This document shows positions 48,135 through 58,600 of a DNA stretch of 64,000 nucleotides, one piece after another. Within the stretch, counting starts at the first letter, position 1. The number at the start of each line of letters is the position of its first letter. The translations under genes were made by a program, and so were the position numbers. The notes below the pieces were generated by a model that was not told the origin of the DNA, did not search any database, and saw only the letters and a program-made list of their open reading frames with translations. The stretch is from an uncultured Christensenella sp. (GTDB lineage: Bacteria > Bacillota > Clostridia > Christensenellales > UBA1242): NCBI GenBank assembly GCA_964455585.1, contig CAYVXW010000002.1, forward strand, positions 1,734 to 65,733. Direction: 5' to 3'.

Positions 48135-49073
48135 TTACACATTCAAAACCCAATGTCTTGGAGCAGTAGACCAAACACGCCCGTCAATCAAGTTTTCTTG
48201 AACGGCTTCAACCGCCTCGACTATTACTTGGATTTGACCATACTTTCCGCCATCGTCACAAGTAAAGTTTTTGCCAACAAGTTCTATTTCGGTAAAGAGT
48301 TCCACCCTTCCGTTGAAGCCCAACACACCATTGTAATAGTAGTAGCCGTCGTCTTCCGTAACGCCTCCACCCATAATGTCCTCCTCGTCCTCGGCATTGT
48401 ATCTATACCACATAGAGCCCACATTTGGACTGAGCAAGTCGTAGCGTTCCTCATAGCCCAATATTAGCACAACTTTGAACCTTACATATACGCTAGTTGG
48501 AGTGGAAGAGTTGTTTGAAAGCACATCACCACGATAGTCGTCGGAATTCCTAGCATAGGCTCTTAGTTGGATTATGTCCCCAGGGTTAAGTTCTCTTAAA
48601 ACTTCTTCGCCCGTTTCGGTAACCATACTAAGCGACGATTTGTTTTCTATCTTTAGGCTAACCCTAATATCCGAGAACCCCTCGTCCACGGCACCATTTC
48701 GCCCAATAAATATTACAAACACTATAAGAATGGCAATTACTACAAGCACAAGCAAAAGTGCTATTGCCACCTTCATATTTTTCTTAAATTCGCCACGAGA
48801 ACTAGGCTTTTTTGCTTTGGCAACAGTGCCAGCACCACCAGTGCTCTTTGGCGTATACGACCTGCCCGTTGCCCTATTTCTAAGCCTTTCTAGAGCCTCT
48901 CTTTCCAAGTCTCTTTCGGTTGGTTCGGGAGCGTCGTCAACTATTGCCGGACGGCGGTCTTTGTACGTCCCCGTCCTAGGCTTTGTTACGTCAATTCTCT
49001 TGTCGTTAGAGGTCGAAAAAGACGAACCATTTTCGTTTGGATTATTTGGGTTTTTGTTTTTGTTTTCGTCCAT
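48135..49073 (-). CDS. Membrane-anchored TasA-like protein with a ~100-aa disordered cytoplasmic N-terminus
   Basis: A Pro/Asn/Arg-rich N-terminus is followed by one TM helix (VAIALLLVLVVIAILIVFVIFI). The ectodomain carries NPGDIIQL, VYVRFK and VEAVEAVQ, motifs shared with the three downstream-family paralogs. AAAGGAG lies upstream of the ATG. Confidence 0.6.
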   Translation of the reverse strand: MDENKNKNPNNPNENGSSFSTSNDKRIDVTKPRTGTYKDRRPAIVDDAPEPTERDLEREALERLRNRATGRSYTPKSTGGAGTVAKAKKPSSRGEFKKNMKVAIALLLVLVVIAILIVFVIFIGRNGAVDEGFSDIRVSLKIENKSSLSMVTETGEEVLRELNPGDIIQLRAYARNSDDYRGDVLSNNSSTPTSVYVRFKVVLILGYEERYDLLSPNVGSMWYRYNAEDEEDIMGGGVTEDDGYYYYNGVLGFNGRVELFTEIELVGKNFTCDDGGKYGQIQVIVEAVEAVQENLIDGRVWSTAPRHWVLNV

Positions 49074-49160
49074 TTCCGAACTCCTTTTATCTATTTTTTT
49101 AGTTTAAACCAGTATTTTTGTATTTAATACAATAATCACCCTCTCATCACTTGGCGGTGT

Positions 49161-49513
49161 TGGTTTGCTTTTGGAAATAGCAACCCACCCCAAGTTTTTG
49201 TGCCGTCACAAGTATACACTATATAATGTGTCCTAATGTCTGACGACTATCCTCTTTTTTGCCGAATACGGTATGACACATTAGTTGATTATGTGTGTCA
49301 TATCGACTGGAGCAAGTGTAAACTTGCGGAACGGAGTATATCTATAAGGTTGACCACATAGATACACTCGGTTCGCTTACGCTCTCTCGGTATAACACAC
49401 GCAAGGCATAGCCTTGCAAAGTAATAAGTAAAAGCGAAGGGTAAATAGGTACAAATGGATAATCACATTGACACACTCAGTTGGAGCCAAAGTGCCTCTC
49501 TCGGTATAACACA
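49161..49513. repeat. Repeat-rich intergenic region A (modular, hairpin-forming)
   Basis: It shares at least three modules with 63144-63660; alignments are in the findings. Internal repeats are cggtatRacaca (49268, 49388, 49501) and a long hairpin at 49329-49374. Confidence 0.8.
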
Positions 49514-49548
49514 AATAGTGTGAGTGTTGTCACTATGCAACAGGTAGA

Positions 49549-50298
49549 CTAATCAACATCCCAATAAATGTCCTCATTTTCCCACCAAGGGCCTTTGCCC
49601 TTTTCGACAAGTGGGTCGGGTACGTTTTTGGTTTGGATTGCTTCTACTATATAATTTATATGAATTTTGCAATTTGCTTGTTTGTTGGTTATGGTTAGTT
49701 TATTAAGAACGATATATCCGTCAATAAAATCTAGTTTTTCGCCGTCATATGCAATCCTTGATTTCAAATTTCCCTCGGCGTCAACCATTCTTAGGACATA
49801 CCAATAATCCACCGGTTTTTTGTCGGGGTCACCTTCCCACTCCACAAACTCATAGAAGTCAACCTTTTCCCAAACATCTGGGTCGGGAGCATCAAGATAT
49901 TCTATTTGACCCAAATTTTTTAGGTCCTCGAGGGTAGAAATTTCCTTTGTTTCGATGTTTTCGTATTCAATTTGAAGTTTTACTCTAACATACGCAGGTG
50001 AGGATTCTACTTCGCCGTCGCCAAGTTGGGCACCAAGTTTTAACTTAATCCTATCCCCCGGATAAATACGGGTTTGGTAGTCTTTTAAAATATCCGTCGT
50101 TATTTTGCTATCCTCGGTAATAAAGATATTGACTGGATGCGACAAAATGATGTCGGCGGTGTCCGACCTTGTTCGTATATACCACGCAGCGGTGGACGAA
50201 ACCACAACCATCACAACTATTAATATAGATAGTGCAAGTATCACCAAATTTTGCGTTTGTATTCGTTTTTTATAATCTTTAAAACTTCTTTTTGGCAT
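49549..50298 (-). CDS. TasA/camelysin-like secreted protein (SipW-type signal), paralog 3
   Basis: The N-terminal anchor ends in SSTAAWYIR. Shared motifs are PGDRIKL, AYVRVK and YIVEAIQ. Confidence 0.7.
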   Translation of the reverse strand: MPKRSFKDYKKRIQTQNLVILALSILIVVMVVVSSTAAWYIRTRSDTADIILSHPVNIFITEDSKITTDILKDYQTRIYPGDRIKLKLGAQLGDGEVESSPAYVRVKLQIEYENIETKEISTLEDLKNLGQIEYLDAPDPDVWEKVDFYEFVEWEGDPDKKPVDYWYVLRMVDAEGNLKSRIAYDGEKLDFIDGYIVLNKLTITNKQANCKIHINYIVEAIQTKNVPDPLVEKGKGPWWENEDIYWDVD

Positions 50299-50332
50299 AA
50301 TTTTTCCTTTTCTATTCCATTTTATTTAGGGT

Positions 50333-51040
50333 TTAAAAATAGTCATTGCTATCGTGCTTTTTGTTCTCATCGGAGGACACAAAACTTTTGAATATTTCGG
50401 GCGACGATGTCCACTCGGCACTTGAAGCGCCATATTGCCTTTGAATTGCCTCAATTGTAATTCTAATGCTAACGGGTGAGCCCTTGACCGAATTATTTAG
50501 AGTATTGTCCACATAATATCCGTCATTAAATTGAGTTCCATTGTCGTCAAGATAGCCGATATAATAGTAATATCCGTCACTACCCAAAACCCACTTGTTT
50601 TGGTAGGTAGAAGAATATGTGCTTGGTGGGGACGACACTAGCCTACCGCTTGCAAAATGCAAACTAACTTCGGGCCTCTCAATTACATTGCCGTTTCCAT
50701 CCTTTCCGCCATCAATTTCGCACTTTATCCTAACATACGCACCATCTATATTGTGCTTTTCGCTAGTTTTTAGATATGTTTCAAACTTGTTGCCCGCTCT
50801 ATCCTCAATGTATGCAGTATCGGGAGCAAGGGCAAGATTTCTAAAACCAAAGTTATAGGTTACATCTAGGTCGATTGTTCCTACAACCATAACGGAAGAG
50901 TCGGGAGAAGATGTTGAACTTTTGTCTTCAAACCACGAAAGCGTTACGCCTGCGACACAGTACACAAAAGCCACAAGCAAAATAATTATAAGCGCCGTGA
51001 AATAAGCATAATTTAGTTTTGGCTTTTTTCTATACTCCAT
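50333..51040 (-). CDS. TasA/camelysin-like secreted protein (SipW-type signal), paralog 2
   Basis: The signal segment reads VAGVTLSWFEDKSS followed by VGTIDLDV; compare TasA GGGTWAAFND...SGTLDL. Other shared motifs are AYVRIK and ITIEAIQ. Confidence 0.75.
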   Translation of the reverse strand: MEYRKKPKLNYAYFTALIIILLVAFVYCVAGVTLSWFEDKSSTSSPDSSVMVVGTIDLDVTYNFGFRNLALAPDTAYIEDRAGNKFETYLKTSEKHNIDGAYVRIKCEIDGGKDGNGNVIERPEVSLHFASGRLVSSPPSTYSSTYQNKWVLGSDGYYYYIGYLDDNGTQFNDGYYVDNTLNNSVKGSPVSIRITIEAIQRQYGASSAEWTSSPEIFKSFVSSDENKKHDSNDYF

Positions 51041-51085
51041 TTTCTTCTCCCATTTTACTCACAAATTTTATAGTTTTGTGGATAA

Positions 51086-51964
51086 CTAATTTTTTAAATA
51101 ATTACTAGGTTGTTTCCACGCAAGCCATCCGCTATTTGGGTTTGCGGTCAAATCGCAAGGGATTGTAGCCCCAAACGGGAATGCATTTACGGGGATTTGG
51201 CTATCGCCACTAAACCCATCGGGCACTGTAAACTGTGACCAATTGACACTAAGAAGTGGGTTTGTGGATGGCACAGTTGTAATATAAGTAGAACCCGAGT
51301 GCGAGTTTTGATATTCATAAATCTTTTTGTAAATATTACCCGAATGGGAAATTGCGTCCACTGTAACCGCCACAAATATATTGTCACCTCGACATTCGCT
51401 AGGCACAGTTATTTTGGATATAATATCCACTTGCCCATCCGCATTGGTCTTGCCGTCAACAGTGTATGGCTCTAGCACTTTGTTTAGATACATTTCACCA
51501 CTGGCAACAACACCAAAATTCCTAAACCAACCAGCGGTGTCAAGATTAATACTTACTGCACCGGAGGTGGAATCTTTTTGAGGGGTGGTGTCAGTTACTA
51601 GATAGTTTATGTTCTCGGACTTATATACCCTAATTGAAACTCGAATTAGTGCATCAATGTCGCCTGTGTTTCTAACTTTTAGATTAAGTGAGCGAGTAGT
51701 ACCGCCCTTTGGAACCGAGTATGTGTGCTCGCACTTCCACACTCCATTTTGACTGTGCGATGTGGTGTGTGACACACTATTTCCATCCGCCACAATTGCC
51801 ACCGCAACCGTGCCCAGTTTTGTTCCCTCACTCTCGTACGGGTCGTCATTTCGCCACTTTAGCCACGCCAAAACCGTGCCGACAAGGGCGCAAGAAACAA
51901 GCACTACTATTGCTAGCATTGCCACAAAAGATATTATGTACTTATTTCTTTTTTTGCCTACCAT
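51086..51964 (-). CDS. TasA/camelysin-like secreted protein (SipW-type signal), paralog 1
   Basis: The signal segment reads LVGTVLAWLKW followed by LGTVAVAI. Other shared motifs are ALIRVSIRV and VTVDAIS. The ATG lies 6 nt after the signal-peptidase stop. Confidence 0.7.
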   Translation of the reverse strand: MVGKKRNKYIISFVAMLAIVVLVSCALVGTVLAWLKWRNDDPYESEGTKLGTVAVAIVADGNSVSHTTSHSQNGVWKCEHTYSVPKGGTTRSLNLKVRNTGDIDALIRVSIRVYKSENINYLVTDTTPQKDSTSGAVSINLDTAGWFRNFGVVASGEMYLNKVLEPYTVDGKTNADGQVDIISKITVPSECRGDNIFVAVTVDAISHSGNIYKKIYEYQNSHSGSTYITTVPSTNPLLSVNWSQFTVPDGFSGDSQIPVNAFPFGATIPCDLTANPNSGWLAWKQPSNYLKN

Positions 51965-51970
51965 ATCTTT

Positions 51971-52564
51971 CTATTCCTCGTCGTCGTTTTCGTAACACTC
52001 AATGTCGTCAACATACATTTTGTCTCTTATCCAGAACACTCCCCAAATAAAGATAACTAGTATTATTGCGTATGCAATAAGCATTGTTGTATTGCCCTTT
52101 ATGTACATTACAATATCGCCCATCCACGCAAAGCAGTGAGACTCATATACCACGCCCACAAGTTCTTCTTCGTAGAATGCGCCGTCTTTGGTGTCGGAGT
52201 TGTCGCCCTTGGTGTACCAATAGCCGTTCTCCCACTTATCCTCATCAAAACCCTCTTCACCGGGGTTTGGGATTATTGTGTTGTCATATACTTTTCCCTC
52301 AATTCTGTGGGTCAAATATATTCCGCCTTTGTTCATAGTAACAATATCGCCAAGTTCCAAATCTTCATAGTCCCTTGGTGTTACTATTATAAGACTTCCA
52401 ACCGGAAGCCTTGGTTCCATAGAACCCGAGGATACTATCATAAACTTATAGCCGATGACATATGCAAAAATTACCGTAATAACAAGTGCTATGCCAAACG
52501 CTCTAAGAAGTTTTCCTAGTAGCCCCTTGAAAAAGTTGTCTTTTTCTAATCTATAAAATCTCAT
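51971..52564 (-). CDS. sipW: Signal peptidase I of the SipW/archaeal-ER type
   Basis: Motifs are SSGSMEP (Ser nucleophile box), LTHRI (the His box of the Ser-His type) and TKGDNS, plus N- and C-terminal TM helices. Confidence 0.85.
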   Translation of the reverse strand: MRFYRLEKDNFFKGLLGKLLRAFGIALVITVIFAYVIGYKFMIVSSGSMEPRLPVGSLIIVTPRDYEDLELGDIVTMNKGGIYLTHRIEGKVYDNTIIPNPGEEGFDEDKWENGYWYTKGDNSDTKDGAFYEEELVGVVYESHCFAWMGDIVMYIKGNTTMLIAYAIILVIFIWGVFWIRDKMYVDDIECYENDDEE

Positions 52565-52625
52565 TACATTTCCTTTATCTATTATCTTGTTAGTTTTAAG
52601 TAGTAAACATATTAAAATTTGAGCC

Positions 52626-52648
52626 TCAAGGGAGAAAGTCTCCCTTGA
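52626..52648 (-). other. Stable 9-bp hairpin between the giant gene and sipW, with no clean U-tract
   Basis: The sequence is TCAAGGGAG-(5 nt)-CTCCCTTGA, 16 nt after the giant gene's stop. On the minus strand it is followed by ggctcaaatttt. Confidence 0.4.
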
Positions 52649-52663
52649 TACTCGTGTTTTGTT

Positions 52664-55600
52664 TTATTTGTGTCTTGGGTATGTGCCCGAAACATCATAT
52701 CCGCCATTTTCTTCCTTTTCCATAGTCGATTTTAGGTTGTCAAGTGCGGTATTTGTATTTCCGCCCGCCGAACTACCCTCAACAAGGGTACCAAATTCGC
52801 CCGATGCTAAGTTAAACGAATCTCCATTGAAGATGTAGTACGAGTTTGTAACTGTTGCAATACGAGAAATTGCATTAATGTCAAGTTGTTGGTGTACGGT
52901 GAATGTGTAATTTAGAACCACATAGCATTTTTCTACTGTTGCACTTCCGCCCGAACTTGCGGAAACTATTCCCGCAACGATAATGGAACTTGCATTCTCG
53001 CCCGAATTAGAAGTTGTGTGCTCAACCACAACTTTTGCAAGGGAATAGCAAGTAGAAATTGTTACATTTGTACCCGAGCCAACTTCGCACATAATTGCAC
53101 CAAGAACGCCCGACCTACTTTCAGTACTATCTTCTATTCCATCGTCGGTTACAGTAAGAACAACATTTTCGTCAACATAACATTTAGAAATTGTTATGTT
53201 GCTATTGGTGCCACCAACTACTTCCTCGGACATAACCACAATTCCGGCTACATAGTTTGCATAAATTTTGCCAACATAAAGTTCGCCCGTCGTATCAACA
53301 ATTGCACCAAAACTACAATTTTCGATTACCGAACCGCCACTTGTTTTGCCTACAATTCCGCCTGCTTTGGAGGTCTTGTTGGTCAAGGCTTCGATATTTA
53401 GTTTTGCTACAGAATTTTTGATTGTACCCATATTGGAAGCAACCACGCCACCAACCAAGATAGCAATTTGAGTTTTTACCTCAAGTACAATTTGGGCTTT
53501 CATACTCTTTGAGTAGTCGATATTGCTTGCACCCTCGTCTACCCTATTGCCGTTTTTGTCGGTTAGATATGGAAGAACATTTACGCTATCAAGTGTGCCA
53601 TAGTTTCTAATAGCAACGCCCGATACCATATATTCCGAAACATCACTACTGTTGGTGTAGTCGATATTTACTTGGAAGTTGGTGTTCCTAATTGTTCCAT
53701 AGTTGTCAAGAATGAATGACATATATGAAGTCTTGTCGTTCTCCTCCTTAACAGATGGGGTGATGTTGTAAATATAGTGATTGTCACCATCAATTACACC
53801 CGAGAAACTATCTATCATTGTCCAATTTGGATTGTAATTGGTTTGACCCATAGAAGAAGACTCAATCTTTATATCTTTTTCTAGTTTGTAATCGCTAGTT
53901 GGGTAAATTCTAATGTTATTTAGATTAGCGTAAGTAGCAATTGCATATGGAATGTATTCCGTGCCATTTCCGGATGCAAATAGCGTCATACTAACATCCG
54001 TCAAGTTTGGACGATAAGTGCCCGACTTGTATGCGCCCTTGTCGCTAGAAGCCGTGTCGTAAGCGGTAGTTGTAAGACCAAATGTATACTCGCTTGCAAC
54101 CGCCCTTAGTTGATAACTTGTTGGGGTTGGTTCGCCCTCGCCCGATTTTAGGATAATCAAATCTTTTACATAAATAGTAAATGTTTCGCCTTGGGTATAG
54201 TCGTAACTAATTCTTCTTTCCTCAACAGTATTGTCATCTAGATACTTGCTATCAAAATTACTATTTTTTGTAGTATTTTGGTCAAAGTCTGGAGTTGTGC
54301 CATTAAGTGGAGAAGTGATGTGTGCCGATTTTAACCAAGCGTTTAGAGCCTCGGCATCTAGGTTTTCTACCTTGTAGGTAGTTTCCAAAATGATATTGTA
54401 ACCGGTAGAAATATGGTCTTTGTTGGATAGCGTCCAAGAAAGTGTTCCAGTTGCACTATCATATTTTGCATCCACTGGTGCGGATGGAATAGATATGTCT
54501 AGTTTTGCGCTATAACTACTGCTTACAAATGCTCTATTGGTGCTAGTCTCGCCCAAGCCGTCGGTAGTTTCAATTGTTCCAATTGCTTGCACAAATGCAC
54601 AAATTTCGGAACCGCTTGAACTTAGTTTGCCAATAAGGTTGTTCATCTTGAATATCATTTCGTTATCATTTACTTCGGTAAACTCGTTGCTTGCCCAAGT
54701 CAAGCCTTCTTTAGTTTCAACATCCGACCTTTCTGGATATTTGATTTCTACAGTTGCCGTGCCATTTACGCCTTTGTAGATTGTGTAAATGTATTCAGAA
54801 TATGTGCCGTCGGAATTCTTTACATAGAACTTGACTCTATATCCCGAAGCGTTAGTTTGAAGTGGCCAATAAATTCTACTTTCTTGCGAAGCGGAAGTGT
54901 TTGCCACGTTCTTGAGTTCTGGAGTTTGCAACTTGGTGATATAGAACTCTTTGTTGCTACTTGCTAGATAGAACCTATCGCCATCCTTAATGCTATCGGT
55001 CGAGCCCTCAGTTCCACTATACTTAATAACAATATCGTGGTTGCCCGCGCCAAATGTTACGGTGTCGGCAGATGAATTGTAAGTTTGGAAGTTGTCCACA
55101 GTTAGTTCGGTAAAGTACTTGTACGAAAGAGTTGATGTGCTATCAATCGTTACACTGTTTCCGTCTATCTTTAGTTCAGGAAGAGTAACGGATTGACCTG
55201 CCGTCTTGTCCGCCTCGGTTCCCCAACCGAATACACCATCCTCAACTGTTGGCTCAGGGTCGGCAATTCTTGTAACTTCAAGACTTGCGGAGTACGAACT
55301 ATTTAGATATCCGGCATCAAATTTTGCAATAGCCTTTACTCTAATATTGGTTGTACCCAAAATGCCGTCATAAATCTTTGTTGTTGCAGTTGTGCTAGTA
55401 TCAATTTCTTTTTCTTTTGTGCCCCATTGATACGAAATGGCATATTTGCTTACATTGCCAGTGGTGTCGTTGGATTTTCCGTTCCACCATAGGTTGCCTT
55501 CTTTGTCAACTCCTAGCCCAGTAGGAATTGCAAGACGCAAGTAACTACCCGACCAAATCTTATTCTCCTCGTCCTCAACCTTGTGGGTCTTAACGGTGTC

Positions 55601-58600
55601 GGAATTAAAGTAATTCTTTGAGGTTACATATGTAGTTGCCCCGCCGTCTGCCGAAGGAACTTCGTCTAGCCTTGTTGCTATAATTTCTATGCTATACATA
55701 AAGCCACTTTCGTTTAGTGATGGGTCGTCTGGCATATCAAAATAGGTTTGGTTATAAACAATTGTTGATGTGTTGCACATTTCAGGGTTTGCATTGGCAT
55801 CGGCTCCTACGGCAATCTTTTTGATTGTGACAATGTATGCATTTGCAAATGGAACGGCGTTCCACTCAAACATACCCGCAGTGGCATCCGTCTTACCCAA
55901 CCAGTATGGCAAGCCGTCTTGTGTGGATTTTGCACTAGTTGTGCCAAGTTTGTAGGCGTATACAACTTCGGATATAGGGCTATCAACAACACCTCTGCCG
56001 TTTCCTATTTCTTGTTCGTAAATTGCATATCCGCCCTCGGTGAAGTTTAGGTTGTCCGAAAGGGTTATTTCGCCCGTTCTTTCGTCGTCCACTCCCGAGT
56101 TGATTTCTTTAACCATTCCCAAAAGGGCAGTTGCGTTATTCTTTACATAAGACTTAACTTCCGCTAGCCTATCCTCTTCAAACTCAAATTCATCAAATAC
56201 GCTATCGTCTTTTTGGTCGCTTTCGGCAAATTTAATTTCGGCAAGCAATAGTTTAGTAGCATCTAGTTCCGTCCAATTTTTGTTTGCGTTCTCTAGGCTT
56301 TCGGCTTTGTAAAGTGGTCCATAAACCTTGATAAGCGAACTAACCGAATTATCGTTTGGAGTCCACTTGAATGCACTTTCTTCCACGCTTGTTTCGCAAG
56401 TATGAAGGATTGTCATTGTGTCGCTAAACATATATGAGTTGCTATTTAGCAAGTAAACTGTATCGCTTCCGTCGGTTGCAGGTGTACTATCCTTTGTTCC
56501 CATTGCTAGGATGAATAGTCTATAGATTTTGTCAAGGTCAACCTTGGTTGTTTCGTTATAGAACATTTCCTTTACATCTTTTGAATACTTGTAGCCGTCG
56601 CCCACATTAGGGTCTTTGCTTTCGCCGTCTAGGTCACCAACCGTCACTTCGGCATAAGCCACGCTTTCGCTTCCGGCAGTGATAGCCGACAAATAGTAGT
56701 CTTTGTGATAAGTGAATGGGTCTTCGTCCCCAGTTGCACCTTGATTTGCAATAATGGATAGTTCCCATAATGCTTTGCCTTTACTAATATCGTTTACGGT
56801 GTATTTAGGTGCACTTGGGTCGCCACTAGTTGGATTGTCCTCACCATCTAGTTCGTCGTCCAAAGTCATAATTTCTTCGTTTTCATCGTCACCAGTGTTA
56901 TCCTCTTCCACTAGAACTTTGTCATACCAACTCTTTGGAGTGGTTAGTTTGTAGGTTTTTAATGTTCCCGACTCAATGCCGTTTAGGACATTGTCGCCAC
57001 CAACTGCACTAATGCTAATGTCATAGTAGCCGGCGGTATACTGAATGCCCGCAGAGTTGGTTACCGTATTCGACACATCGTCACTATCGACATCGTAAGT
57101 GGTAGAAACCGAAACATCGTACAAGAACTCAAATTTGGCAACCGAACTACCACTTTCTACAACCTCTCCTTGTGAGTTAAGAAGCCTTACTTCGCTAGGA
57201 GTATCTATTGTTTCAACGCCATTGATGTTTAGTCTAATTTTGTAGAAGTGTTCGGTAAAGATACCGTCAAATGTAGAGTTATCTGACTCGCCATTGAGTG
57301 CCATATCTTTTATGTAGTCATAGAAAGTAGTATAATCTATAGTGCCCTTTTGGCTACCCGCAATTTCGGTAACCACTTGGACTCTAGCCTCTTCGCCGGC
57401 GTCCTCGCCTCCGCCCTCGCTAAACTCTACACCGTCTAGATATTTAAGCATTTCGGTGGTTGAAATTGTCCACGAAAGTTTTCCTTCTTTTACCTTGTAG
57501 GTGCCTAGCATACTAGGTCTATATGCTTTTGTAGAAGAATCGCTTTGAGCCAAAGACGATATCATTGCAAGTTTTGGATTGGTAATTGCGGTAACCGAAA
57601 TATCCCAATATCCGCCATTCAAAGTGCCAATTTTGCTAGCATACTCCGAAGCATTAAAGTTTATATCCGAACCATTTTTATAGATTATTACGATATTCTT
57701 CCCATCGGTAATTGCAATTTTGTAAGTCACTGCCGATGGCAATGCACTCCAAGCAAGTTTTCCGTTGGAAACCGATGGTGTGGTGCTATTTGCAATATAT
57801 TCCACTTTACAATCGTTGGTCACAAGTGAATAGTCGCTATATAGCAATCCAAATGATTGGCTTTCATTTCCCATAGCCATCATTCTTATGTCGTACTTTC
57901 CAACCTCTACATCGTTTGTTAGTTCGTAGTATTGCTTATTGTCGGTGCTTGATAGTTTTGCTTCTTTGATTTCTTTGCCACTTTGGTCAAAGAACACAAG
58001 TTTTAATTCATATCCCGTTTTGTCTTTGTTTGGGTTGTCCCAATTTAATATAGGCTTTCCAACACCGTTTCCGCTTTCGTCATATAGTTGCATATTAAGA
58101 GCGGTAGGAGCCATAAGTTTTTTGAACCTAAACTCGCTAGATAGTTCGCTACATAGCATACCCGTTTTTTGAGTGATGATGCTAATCTTGTAGGTCTCGC
58201 CCGCAACATATGCAAATGTAGTTTCGCCCGTTTCGGACTCATCGTCCCCACTTGCAAAAACTTTTACATCGCTAATGCCGTCGCCCTCGGAAATAACCGC
58301 AGGCAAGGTGATGTCGCCGTCGCCCGAGTAATTGAACGACACAACCAATTGATTTAGATTGTTTCTAATTTGAACAAAGTAACTTCCGCCCTCAACTGCA
58401 GATGCCCATACAAGGCTTCCGTCTTTTGATTGGATAGACAATACTTTTTCGGATTTTGCAAATGTATATACGGTTGACTCTTCCGAACTTAGAACCTTTC
58501 CGCCATTTCCAATAAACATAATTGTGGTGCCATAGGTGCCATTTTCGTCGTAGCCCTCTAGCCCCCTTATGTCAATTTCGTATACTCCGCCGTCAATTGT

